From Octopus sinensis (taxonomy: Eukaryota), in contig NC_043012.1 of assembly GCF_006345805.1 (NCBI RefSeq), forward strand, positions 28,148,001 through 28,212,000: 64,000 nt of DNA. The letters run 5' to 3'. Numbering within the stretch: position 1 is the stretch's first letter; the number at the start of each line of letters is the position of its first letter. The notes under the pieces were generated by a model. That model made no database searches. It saw nothing but the letters and a program-made list of their open reading frames with translations, and was not told where the DNA came from. A program made the position numbers and the translations under genes. This document shows, one piece after another, positions 51,596-64,000 of the stretch.

Positions 51596-54500
51596 CAGGG
51601 AAAAACTCCGACATCAGGAGAGAATAACCGAGAGAAGAACAATAAACAAAAAATTTAACCGCAACCAGGCAGCAGTACACAGAGACATGAGAGGAGGAGC
51701 AGTAAACATCACGGAAGCTCCTTCACGAGAAGACATAGACTCCTTCTGGTGGAAAATCTGAAGGGAAGAGAAGGAATTTGACTGTGGCTGGAAGAAATCC
51801 GAAAAAGTTATTGCTCCTGCGTTACATCCAAGACAGAACATTGATGGTGAAACTCTTACAACTGTGATCCAGCAACCCGAAGATAGAAAAGCACCTGGAA
51901 GAGACTTGATTGTTGGATATTGGTACAAGAAACTGACATTCAACCGACCTGATCTTATCAATCTGTACCAGCAAGCTTTCATTGGGAACAGTAGCATACT
52001 ACACTGGTTAGCTCTGACAGAGACAAAATTGATCCCAAAATGCAGAACCACCCATAGGGCAAAATCTACCGGCCAATTGCATGCCAGAACTTAATGTATA
52101 AGATATATACAGCATGTTTAAACCTCTTCCTCTAAGACCATTGTGAAACCAATAATATCATCACAGTAGGACAAGCAGCTGAGAAGACGGGAGTCTGGGG
52201 ATATGCCGAGAAATTGTTAATCAACAAAACTGTGATGTCAGAGGTGCGAAAGCATAGGAGGAACCTAGTTTCAATGTGGCTAGACTACAAGAAAGCCTTT
52301 GACTCCGTTCCTGGATGCTTGAAGCCCTTCAGCTTGCTAAAGTTCCAGTGGGAATAGTCGAAGCCATAGCTGACCTGACTTCATCGTGGGCCACCGTCTT
52401 GAAATTAAACACAGAGAGTGACTGTATTATCACCGATAGAATACAGTATCGCAAAGGCATATTCCAAGGAGACAGCCTCTCTGGGATGTTGTTTATACTT
52501 TCTGTAAACTCCTTGTCATTAATGTTAAGGAAGTCTGAAGGATATCTCACCGGTTCACAAGGAAATCGAAATACCATAATTACACACTGTTTCTTTGTGG
52601 ATGATTTAAAAAACGTAAAGAATATGCATGAGATGAAAAAGAGCCTTGACCTAGTTACAACATTCTCAAAAGATTTAGGGTTGGATTTTGGTCAGTATAA
52701 ATGTTGTTATATGGTCGTAAAAAGGGAGGCGACTATAAACCAGACTAGAAACATCTTCATCAATGATTTAACTGTTTGCCCTGTATCTGACTAGGAATGT
52801 TACAGGTATCTAGGGGTGGATGAAGATATATCTTACAATGGCACCTGTAACAAAACACGTTTCACCAAAGAATATTACAGCCGAATAAAGAAAATTTGGA
52901 TATCAGAACTTGCTGCATTCAATAAAACAGTGGCCCACAATGTGCTTGCAGTCATACCAACATTTGGACTACTCGATTGGGCGCTTGATGAAACCCGAGC
53001 CATTGAGGTAAAAACTCGAAAAATACTAACAAGCACACATAATTTCCACATAAACAGTGATGTAGACGGCCTCTACCTAAAACGAAAACAAAGCGGAAGA
53101 AGCTTAACATCGATCCAAACTGCTTTTGAATGTCCTATCATATCCCTTCGGCAACATGTTTTAACCACCAAGTGTCGAAGTGCATCCCTTGACCAAGTTT
53201 GCATACATGAGGCTGATAACATCATAAGATTTGGAAGGCAGCTCCTTGAGTAATACTCTTTGTCTGATAACCTGGAATACGTGCCCAAAGAAGTCGCATG
53301 ACTCTACCGCAACGTATCATCAGATGAAAGTATGAGCCTATAAGAGCAGAAGACTATGCGTGAATATGTTAGTAGAAAGCTCCGTGATGATAGTGACATC
53401 GATTATCAAAGAAGTTTATCCTGGACCAATAACCGGATTGCTATCTCCCACTTTGAAGGGAATGCGTGTGCAATCGAGGAACAGGAAATATCAACCAAGT
53501 ATCTGATGCACAAAAGGGATAGAGATGCAGGAAAAGCAGTAAAATGTGACAACCGATGCAGACTTTGTGGAGTTCACACTGAAGATATCACCCACATCAC
53601 AAGCAGTTGTCCGAAAATGTCATTCACGGTATTATCTACCGATAAGACATGACGTAGCTAGGACACTCTATAATGAAATCCGTCGGAAAGATAATTCCGA
53701 GGACAAAGAAATAAGAACCCACAATATGGTAGAGCCATAGCCACTCATAATAAGAAGGAATACTGGCGGAATGTACCAGTGAAGACCTCAATAGAATATA
53801 AGTACACCAGATCTGATAATATGATTTAGGATAGAGAAGAGAAACTGTGCACAGTTGTTGAAATTAGCTGTCCAGCGGATGTTAACATAAAGCTGAAGAT
53901 CAGTGAAAAAGAGAACACCTATGCTGAACTATTGAGAAATCTGCAGTTACTCTATCCAAATTACACATTCAGGTTTATATCTGTAATTATTGGGGCCCTG
54001 GGATATGTAACACACTGCCCAAAATACAAATCTTGAGAAATTAGGCTTCTCAAATCCAGAAAGGAGAAAGCTAATTCGAAGACTACAGATCCAATCCATC
54101 ACTAGAACTGTAAAAATATGTAAAGCTTACCAGAAGTTTATCATTTAAATATATGTGATCATGTCTAGATATGCAACTATATGCATGAAGATACGTACAT
54201 AAAACATACAAATCAGCACATACATACATACATACATACATACATACATACATACATACATACATACATACATGGTGGCTGCCCCCTCGTTATCGAGTAT
54301 GGCCATTGCACGAAGCTTAATCAATGTTGTTATTGTGCAATGCCTGTGCAAGAAGATTTTTTTTAAAGTGAGGAAAGGCTGTGCACCGAGTCAATCCCAC
54401 TCACTAAGCAACAGCAACCATAATCCGAAAAGAAGGACAAGTCAACATCATCGGTAACCACTGAGCCGCAGGTTTTAATCGCGCGATCGGGTATTCAGTC

Positions 54501-55045
54501 CGATTATTTCTGTCACCGCGCATGATACAGCCTTAAGACATTTATTGGATGACCGTTGACTCTCAAGAGTTCCTCTGCCCTTTGACAGGTTTTGTTTTTT
54601 ATCCCGCAGGGTGTCCAATGAACACCCTCCTCACCTAGCAAGCTTGGTGGGGTTGCCGGTTTAGTCACCGACGACCCGACCATGCAACAGGTTGTACTGG
54701 GTTACATGTTACCAGTAACACTCATACATACATATATACATACATACATACATACATACATACATACATACATACATACATACATTCATACATACATACA
54801 TACATACATACATACATACATACATACATACATACATACATACATTCATACATACATACATACATACATTCATACATACATACATACATACATACATACA
54901 TACATACATACATACATACACACATACATACAAACAAAAATACCCTGTTGTTGATCTTGAAATTCCATTGAAGGAACCTTGGATCTAGGTTAGAGACCGC
55001 TTCTTTCTTTATTGGCAAGAAATCTTGAAATAAACTGAATAATGA
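51596..55045 (+). mobile_element. R4-like RLE LINE family F, decayed, interrupted in its 3' UTR
   Basis: LDYKKAFDSV, FQGDSLS, FVDDLK, YRYLG, CRLC...HITSSC...RHD. The 3' UTR is split by (CATA)n and a short RTE at 54271-54722, and the last piece is 54931-55045. Confidence 0.8.
54271..54722 (-). mobile_element. Short internally deleted RTE derivative
   Basis: The left end is the RTE 3' terminus shared with 24433 and about 49276. The rest is GC-richer, non-coding and hairpin-rich (5' UTR-like). (CATA)n on both sides. Confidence 0.55.
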
Positions 55046-55069
55046 CATACATACATACATGCATACTTA

Positions 55070-55500
55070 CATACAAATTACCTGGTGAACAAAAGAGACA
55101 GTGACGCTCTTGTAATCCCAAGGTGCAACCGCATGTGTAGGTTGTATTTCTGTGGAAGACATCACGTATGTGATTAGCAGCTACTTCGACAGCTCCAGCT
55201 TCTATATCTAGACTATGAATTCATATTCATATCAATAATGATTGGAGCACTAGGTTATATCAGTAAATGCTTAAAAGAGAATTTAGATAAAATGAGATTT
55301 TGAGAAAGAGAAATCGACCGGCTTATTCGTAAATTACAAGTGCAAGCTGAGTGAAACAGTAAAAGTATGCAAGACTTTTCTCGAGTTCCAAATGTGAATT
55401 TGTCTGTGTTAACTACACCCCAAAGATGGAGCCTTGTATCTTTCTCAGAAACCGGCTTCGTCCTCAGTGGAAAATTTATAATAATTAAAAAATAGAAGAG
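55070..55500 (+). mobile_element. R4-like RLE 3' fragment flanked by CATA repeats
   Basis: IGALGYISKCLKENL...KLQVQA..TVKVCKTFLEF parallels family F C-terminus. Confidence 0.6.
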
Positions 55501-55635
55501 ACATACATACACACACACACACACACACATACATACATACATACATACATACATACATACATACATACATACATACATACATACATACATACATACATAC
55601 ATACGTACGTACGAACATATATACATACATATATA

Positions 55636-56914
55636 TTAGGTCGTCATGTAGGAAATTTGTAGAAAAGAGAAAAGTTTGCTAATGTTTTATAAATACAAGT
55701 AATAGTTTTATTCATCAAAGTATGTACCCATATTGCCAATACACTTTTGCAATTTCAGCGCTAGCTTGTCCAGCCCGACACTGTAAAAGCCTGGCAATCT
55801 AGAGTCAATAAAATCGTGGAAGGCCTGTTTTACAGCATCATCGGAATTAAAAAATTTTTCCTATCAAAAGTTATCCAAATTCTGGAAGAACTGGTGGTCA
55901 GTGGGGACAAGATCATGTGAGTATGGTGGATGATGGAGAACTTCCAACTTCAACTCCTGTAGTTTCGCCAATGTCATTTTTGTGATGTGTGGTCTGGTGT
56001 TGCCTTGCAATAAAATAGGAGTGGATCTGTTGACTAATCTAAGCTGTTTTTTGGTAAGTTTCTGCATCATTTGGTCCAGTTGGCTGCAGTATACTTCGGC
56101 CGTGATTGATGAGTCAGGTTTAATGAAATCATAATGAATCACACCTGCGCTATACCACCAAACGCACACTATCAGCTTGTTTTGATGAATTTTGCTTTTT
56201 GGACTGATTTGGTGGCTCGTCTTTGTCCAACCATTGTGCTGAACGTTTAGGGTTGTTGTATTAGATCCATTTCTCCACACGTTACAATTCGATTCAAAAA
56301 TAACTAATTTCTGTGTCGAGAAAGTAGCATAATGCAGACTTTCAAATGTTGCTGTTTCTGATTTTCATTGAGTTCATGTGGAACCCACCTATCCAACTTT
56401 TTCCCTTTACCGATTTGAACTAGGTGAATCAATATTGTTTGCTTGCTAACACCAAACAACTGCGATAACTCACGAGCACTTTGAAATGGATCTGACTCGA
56501 CCGTGGCTTTCAGTTCGTCTTTATCCGCCTTTGTTTCTAGTCGACCACGTTACTCATTTGTAAGGTCAAAGTTACTACAGCGAAATTTTGCAAACCAATT
56601 TGATACTGTCTGCTGTGTAATAACATTAGAATGAAATACTCCATTAATATCCGAGCTGTCTGTGATGCTGTATTACCATGAAAGAACTCATATTTCAAAA
56701 CTGTACAAATTTCCGAATTATCCATCTCTAAACAAAAATAGCAGAAGCGATTTATAAATACTTTATAAAGCGCTAAATGAGTTAGAATAAAGAAATAGAT
56801 ATGTCAGCTTTCTAACAAAAAATAAAGATTGTCAAAATATAATAATGGCGCAAAATGAGCAGCTGTCAAAGTTTACCATATACCTTACTACAAATTTCAT
56901 ATTTGACGACCTAA
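55636..56914 (-). mobile_element. Full-length defective mariner (1279 bp)
   Basis: 27-bp imperfect TIRs TTAGGTCGTCA...GAAATTTGTAG, TA flanks, and ORF 55864-56280 with VCVWW...QGNTRPH...HPPYSHDL. Confidence 0.88.
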
Positions 56915-56977
56915 TACACACACACACGCACGCACACACACACACAATACACACATACAGATAGATACAAATATACT

Positions 56978-57010
<33 letters not shown>

Positions 57011-57369
57011 CACCAAGTAAGTTTGGGGTTGTGGATCCAACCCACTAAGGGATAATACTTATCCAATATACTGTTGGTATAATACCCAAATTATTAATAC
57101 ACAAGTGTTTTAATTGCAATGCAATTAACTTACTTGTTGTATTAAATGGGTGAAAGTAAAGAAATATTTTACCATTAATTTATAATACAAATAAGGAGAT
57201 GGAGAAACAATTTAGTTGGTTTATCAGCTTTAGGATATTAGAATGTTGACTTATTTATTTAACAAAACGAGAACTATAATAACATACATATATACATTAA
57301 AATTCAATACATATAAGATAAGAATACAATTTAAAAAACCTTAATATAAATTATCGAAGATTAATTTGA

Positions 57370-57660
57370 AACAAATTTTGTTATTTATCACAGGTTTACC
57401 TTTAGAAATAAATATAGGAAAAATTCTACAGGGTTGAGTACATATATATGGGAACTTAAAGATAAAATAATTAATTATAATTTACAATGAAAGTTACTAA
57501 TATCGGCACCTGCGTATAACAATAAAAATAGAAAATCTTCATTATGCATTAATGAAATTTTCTTTCTAATTAGGGCTAAATTATCGCTCATTAACAATTT
57601 TACAGAACGTAATGCATCATGTCTTCATAAAATTGGGCATACTTTCTCCAGATACAAATA
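57370..57660 (+). mobile_element. Penelope-like element C-terminal (GIY-YIG region) remnant
   Basis: Hand translation FRNKYRKNSTGLSTYIWELKDK..NYNLQ*KLL..APAY....SLCINEIFF resembles the PLE C-terminus NST.LS.HIW.LK...Y.I.W. Confidence 0.5.
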
Positions 57661-58034
57661 GAACATATTCTAATTTACCCATTGAATCCAATGTATTGAG
57701 TTTGAGTGAACAATTACTACTTTAATATATCTTATTAGTTAAATTGTAATAAGTTGTAGATACATGTGTAGAAAATAGAAAAGAGTAAAAAACTACAGAA
57801 GGCTTGTTTTAGAATGTTATAAAATTTTGCATATAGTAACATAGTTTTTGGAGAAATTACCGGGTTCGTGTTAACTTTTAAAATTTCTCAAATGTCTTTA
57901 CCTTTATCGTGTCATGTCTTCGTTATACAGTGCAAAGAAGAGTTCCAGGCAGGGGGAGGCAATAAGCGATTTCTTCCGGTATAAGGGAGATAATCGCTTT
58001 ATATTTCTTTTCCCCTTTTTTAATGGGATGAGTT

Positions 58035-58297
58035 TCTCTGTATAAGAATGTTAGGATGGCTAAGTTCAGGCTTATACTTTTTAATGAAGAATGTTTCCTT
58101 TTTTAATCTAATTTGTGTTGGTGTTCCAATAGCACATTGATAGAATGGAAAGATTAAAACTACTACCGCAATTTTTAATCTTTCCATTCTATCAATGTGC
58201 TATTGGAACACCAACACGAATTAGATTAAACAAGGAAACATTCTTCATTGAAAAGTATAAGCCTGAACTTAACCATCCTAACATTCTTATACAGAGA
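58035..58297. repeat. Inverted repeat, 125-bp arms, 13-nt loop
   Basis: 58035-58159 is the reverse complement of 58173-58297 with 4 mismatches by eye. Confidence 0.92.
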
Positions 58298-58309
58298 TAT
58301 ACGATATAT

Positions 58310-58613
58310 AAATAGATTTGTGTATGTATTTATAAATGTATGTATGTATGGATGTATAGGTGCGTAGGTCTATTTACTTTTGCATATGTATATATGTATA
58401 TATGTATAGGGGGTATGTATATGTGTGTTTGTATTTGTATATTTGTTTGTATGTATATATATCTATGCATGTATGTATGTATAGGTCTAAATGTATGTAT
58501 GTGTAGATATATATGCGTGTATATATGCATATATGTATGAATGGATGTATAAATAATGTCATGGGTATATATATGGGCATATGTAAATTTGAATGTAGTG
58601 ATGATTGTATTTA

Positions 58614-58668
<55 letters not shown>

Positions 58669-59753
58669 GTATTTAGTGTATTTAGTGTATTTGTACACAT
58701 GCAGATATTAGATTTGGACTTGTTTGAGAAATATGTATGTATATATATATACATATGTGTGTGTTTGTATGTGTATACATGTGCATGTATGTGTGTATGA
58801 GTACATATATGTGTGAGTGGATGTATGTCATGTGTATATGTATACGCATATGCATATGTATGTGTGGGTATATATGTGTGTACATACACATGTATATATA
58901 TGTATATGGGTATGTATGTGTGCAGATCTATATGGGTATGTATGTATATAAATTAATATTGTATATATGCAGATTTACATATAAATGTATTGTAATTGTC
59001 TATATCAATGTATTTATAGACATAGTTAAGTTTTTTTTATGAACGTAATGTCTATATAAAATTATTTAACTAATAATAAGTTTATTTGGCCGATTGTAGA
59101 ATCTATTAAGTGTATATAGGTATATAGATATGCATGTGTTTGTATATATTGATCTATATGTTGATGTATAAGTGTATGTGTATGTACTTGTATATATATT
59201 AATATAGATATAACTGTATATTTGTATCTGTGGCTTTGTGGACGAATATATTAGTTTATCTGTGCATGTGTATATTGTTGTATGTGTGTGTATGTATATG
59301 TACGTATATATCTGTATATTTCAACATATATATGTTTATGCTATGTAATGTATATATATAAAATCTTTATAACATAAGTTTGGATTATATATTTGTTTCT
59401 TTAGTTAACTAATCAATTAATCCACATAATAACTAATGATTTTGTGGGCTTTATTAATTATTGTAGATAAATAAGCATGAATTACTTCTTTTCGTTTAAC
59501 TTATACAGGTATAGCTAATTATAAGAATTTATTGTTTACGTTGAATAATATGTAAGTAAATTTTCGATTTACATTGTAATATCGGGACATAAATACTGTG
59601 TATCTATTTAGTACACATTTTAGTTACTAAGAAAATATACATAAACATTACATAGTTTTTACTTTATTTACTTTACTAGTGGTTATAACATATATTAGTA
59701 CGTGCATATATATGTATATATGTGTGTGTGCATGTATATATATATATATATAT
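58310..59753. repeat. Degenerate TA/TG/TATG low-complexity tract
   Basis: Direct inspection. Confidence 0.85.
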
Positions 59754-60196
59754 AAGTAATCGCTCGACAATGTAAAGTATAATAGCCATCTCAATATGGC
59801 TAACCACAAAGTGGGGTGTTACTGTAGCTTTTTAGTCCCAGGAGATCATCGTCTCCAGCTGGCTTTAGGCACACTATCTGTGCCCTTATGGTATTTGCAA
59901 AGGGAGACCATCCCTTTCAAAGATAGTGTGCCTAAAGCCCATTGATAAGAGGCAATAACCTCGAAACTGCGGTCCGGTGCGTATCAGTTAGACTTACGAG
60001 AAAGGGATGGTCTCCCTTTGCAAATACTATAAGGGCACAGATAGTGTGCCTAAAGCCAGCTGGAGACGATGATCTCCTGGGGCTAAAAAGCTACAGTAAC
60101 ACCCCCCCTTTGTGGTTAGCCATGTTGAGATGGCTATTATACATTACATTTTCGAGCGATTACTGTTTACATCTCGTTCTAAGATTTAATAATGCC

Positions 60197-60280
<84 letters not shown>

Positions 60281-60767
60281 TATATAGGCATTATTAAATC
60301 TTAGAACGAGATGTAAACAGTAATCGCTCGAAAATGTAATGTATAATAGCCATCTCAACATGGCTAACCACAAAGGGGGGGGGGTGTTACTGTAGCTTTT
60401 TAGCCCCAGGAGATCATCGTCTCCAGCTGGCTTTAGGCACACTATCTGTGCCCTTATAGTATTTGCAAAGGGAGACCATCCCTTTCTCGTAAGTCTAACT
60501 GATACGCACCGGACCGCAGTTTCGAGGTTATTGCCTCTTATCAATGGGCTTTAGGCACACTATCTTTGAAAGGGATGGTCTCCCTTTGCAAATACCATAA
60601 GGGCACAGATAGTGTGCCTAAAGCCAGCTGGAGACGATGATCTCCTGGGACTAAAAAGCTACAGTAACACCCCACTTTGTGGTTAGCCATATTGAGATGG
60701 CTATTATACTTTACATTGTCGAGCGATTACTTTTTACATCTCTTTCTGAGATTTAATAATGCTTATA
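59754..60767. mobile_element. Two MITE-like elements arranged as a palindrome around (TA)n
   Basis: Each unit has long TIRs. The complete unit is about 60285-60767, and the left unit 59754-60196 lacks about 35 bp at its outer end. Confidence 0.85.
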
Positions 60768-60769
60768 GA

Positions 60770-63700
60770 CAGTTTTTCGAAATCAGTGACAGAAGTCACT
60801 GGAAAAACTCTTATATATTTGCAAACAGGCCTTTTCTTTCATCGAAAACCGGTGTTTTTTTAATTTTTCCTCGGAATATAACAAATATTTTTCTGTTGCT
60901 GCAAATCGTTGTGTGAGTTCGTTTCCGTTTGTCTACTTTGTTGTGTTACACGTAATATAATTGTTGAACTGTTTTTGACCCAGTAATTTTCGCCCTTCGG
61001 GGTAGAAAATTTCTGTGTGTTTTTTTTGTGTGAACTCTTAACCTGTATAGGTTATTTTTGAAAAAAATTCTCTTGTCATTTGTGACAAGTTTGTGTTGTC
61101 TAATATGGAATTAGACTTAAGTTCAAAAAAAGACTTTCCCAAGATGGGAGAAGGTATAACAACTGTTAAAAAAAGGAAACACAGGCAAAACCCAGTTTTT
61201 CAGACGCCGTAGGTGGCGAAGTGGAAGAAATGGAGGTGTCAATCGAAAGACTATTCAAGCTCAGACCGCTAGTGCAAAAAAGTGGTGAAGAAACACGATT
61301 GGTACCGCCCCCTGAGACTATACAGGCAATAAGGGAAAAAATGGTCACCTATAAGGTGTACAACATAAAAGAAAAACGAATGACCGACGTAAAAAACGAA
61401 ATGGTCGAAAAGTGTATGGCACCAATATGGAGTAAAGTTAGTCATGTCAACCGAGGTGCAAGAAGCGCTACAGTGGAGGCGCATTTTGAGACGGCGGAAG
61501 AAGCAAGGCAAATTTCGACGCAAACGTTGAAAAACGAGAATATAATACTGTTACCCTTATATATGGGGTGCAGAACAGCAAAAGTGACAATGGAAGATAT
61601 ACCAAGGGGCTACGACGTGATGTGGGCGGCAACAGCGGTCATTTTTGATGTTGAATCAAAATTGACAATTTTGAGTATGAAGAGGAAAATTGCAAAACAC
61701 TGGAGAGGTCAGCAGCTGGAGATGATCATCCAGGCGGAAAATGCAACGCTGGAAAGCCTACCAGAGTCTTCGTGGGGGAGGGGCACTCCATACGAGTTTC
61801 GGTGGAAGGACGCAGGCCCAGATGTTTTAAGTGCGGGCAAAAGGGCCACGTGCGCTCCGTTTGCACAAAAAAAATAATACGGGCAACGCCCCCCCCCCAC
61901 AAAACGCTGTGAAGAACGCAGAAAGCAGCAAAGTGGAGAACAAAGCAAGGAAGAAAAAAAAACAGGTCGAACTCCAAAAAGGAGGAAGACAAGAACGAAA
62001 TGCAAAATGAGAAAGGAAAGGAGGAGGAAATTAATACAACAAAAACAAATATACAAGAAAAGATGGGTTTCACGAACGTGTCAAACAAAAGAAAAAATCC
62101 ATCACCCCTGACTCCCCACCCGTAACAAAAAAAAAATAACACAGACGAACAAATTAAAAATATTCTCCATTCCCACCCCGGCGGTACTACATTTATAGGC
62201 CAGCACTTTAACAAACCCCACCCCCCAACTGTAAAAGGGTTTAAACCCAACGAAAAAATTATAACATACACCACAAGGAACGAGAGAGTAGTAAGATTTG
62301 TGCAAGCAAGTCCGCAGATCAGGTGCTACAAAGCGACCGAGAAGGAAGCGGAGTGGCGATATGCAAGGGTCGGCGAAGAAGGATGGAAAGAAAAAAACTT
62401 ACAAGACCACGTAAAAGTCGGCTTCATCAAGGATGTCACCCAGGAGGTGAAAACTGGGAAATTATACGTCAGCCCGGCAGCCACACCAACACAGAGCCCG
62501 GTGGCAACGCCGGTGAAACGCCCAGCAGCAACGGCGAGTGGGGGAGGGGAGACAGGCAGAAGGAATCTGTCAGGCTCCCTCTCGCAACCGTGAGTAAACA
62601 ATTTTCATTTTTCGATGATTAAGTTAGGTTGTATAAATGTGCGTGGAATGGGGTCGAAATGGAAACAGGCTTGTTTTCGGGACGACCTCATTTCACATAG
62701 AATCGATGTAGCTATTGTTACCGAGTCCAAGATGAAAGGACCCCAAGCGTTCTCACCACTTCTCAATGGTTACGAGAAATTTATTTCTCCTAGCCGGGGG
62801 GGGGGAGGTGCAGGCATGGCAGTTCTTTTCAGGAAGAACTTGGACTTACAGGTAAGTACTGTCTTTCTGGACCCAGAAGGTAGGCTGGTTGTCCTAGATG
62901 TGACGCACGCGAGTAAGCAGTCCTTCAGGTTGGTGGCTGTCTACGCTCCTAATGGACGTGGGCAGACCGGTTTTTTTCGGGAACTGGAGCACTTTCTAGT
63001 GACGTCCAAAACGGTAGTCTTGGTAGGGGGTTTCAACACCATTCTCGATGCGCGGGTGGATGGTGTAGGCTCGAGCGATAGGAAGGGGAATCCTGGCCTC
63101 AAGGCTCTACTAGCGAGCTTTTATCTAGTAGACCGTTTTCGACTGGATGAGCCGAACGTTCCACAGTGGACGTGGAGTAATAACGACGGCTCACGCAGAT
63201 CGTACATAGATAGAGTATTTGTTAAGGAACGAGATAAGAATAGTGTTAGCTGTCCACAATTCTCTGTTGTGCCTTACACGGATCACAAACTTGTGACCTG
63301 TGAGGTACAAGTAGATAAATGCCATAGACAAGGTCCCGGGTACTGGAAAATGAACAAGTCTATTTTGACTTGTGAAGCTTTCCGTACCCGGATTAAGGAA
63401 TTAGTACAGAGGGCATTATGTGGCACCATCATTAATAATAGATGGTGGCTCGTCCTCAAAAGAGCCATCCGTTTGGAGTCCATTAGATTTAGCAAGCAGC
63501 TAAGTTTAGATAGGACTAGAATAGAGGGCGAATTAGTTAAGAACTTAGACGAGGCTATGGAATCTGGCTGTGCATCCGGAGTGTTGGCAGCGAGAGCAGT
63601 ATTGTACCGTCACCTCAACGCCAAGCACGAGGGGTGTAGAGTCAGAGCTAAGTTACGTGCAGGAAAACGAGAAGGTATTAACGTTGCCGGATGAGCCCGT

Positions 63701-64000
63701 GGTGAGGAGAGTCAGAAGGGCAAAAAGTCCTGTATTATGTCCTTAACTGACGAGCAGGTCCGCAAGATCTATGGAGAGGTGGAGATGCAGAAGGTCCTTC
63801 ACCAGCATTTCGCACGGCTATTTGGGGACGGTGGTCCGCTCGAGCGAGGGGAGACCTTAAAGGACTTCCTAGCCGGTGGGCCTCGATCTCTCCCGCGGAG
63901 GTAAGAGGGGTTTTGGCCGAGTGCGCCGGGGAAAAGTCGCCGGGGTTGGATGGTCTGCCCTATGAATTTTATTGTTGTATGCCGGACTTGTTCGGGAACA
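60770..64000 (+). mobile_element. L1/Tx1-type LINE (ORF1, APE endonuclease, start of RT), disrupted, runs off window
   Basis: ORF1 about 61085-61900 with CFKCGQKGHVRSVC at 61823-61864 after a poly-G frameshift. ORF2 62615-63694 has GCINVRG, ESK, VYAP, GFN, DHK, GPGYWKMN. KSPGLDGLPYEFY near 63935. Confidence 0.88.

Noticed and set aside
55440-55475. Minus-strand CTGAGGA-CGAAGCCGGTTTC hammerhead-like motif
   Set aside because: No stem II before GAA, and the sequence lies in the 3' UTR of an R4-like LINE fragment.
48678-64000. Final Wnt exon (CKCHG.SGSC...)
   Set aside because: No such motif in any listed ORF or by eye. It presumably lies beyond the window.

Overview
AT-rich, microsatellite-dense animal DNA. 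The SINE and LINE families look octopus-like (coleoid cephalopod); this is my inference, not a database result. The only host gene I can support is a Wnt gene, best matching Wnt16, on the + strand. Two internal coding exons are present (27109-27338 and 48403-48677), joined in phase across a 21,064-bp intron. The first coding exon is not securely identified, and the last exon (CKCHG..SGSC) is not in the window. Almost everything else is decayed mobile DNA: many R4/Dong-type RLE LINE fragments (one group at (TAA)n, another at (CATA)n), an RTE LINE, an L1/Tx1-type LINE, Penelope-like, gypsy, mariner, pogo and Helitron remnants, and tRNA-headed SINEs. Signals that deserve a second look: a fully canonical type I hammerhead ribozyme core on the Wnt sense strand in the large intron (28737-28832) plus two weaker hammerhead motifs; a ~1-kb nested palindrome; two long hairpins; a 1.52-kb tandem duplication; two short locally templated insertions; and a ~560-bp non-coding element tied to (TAA)n.
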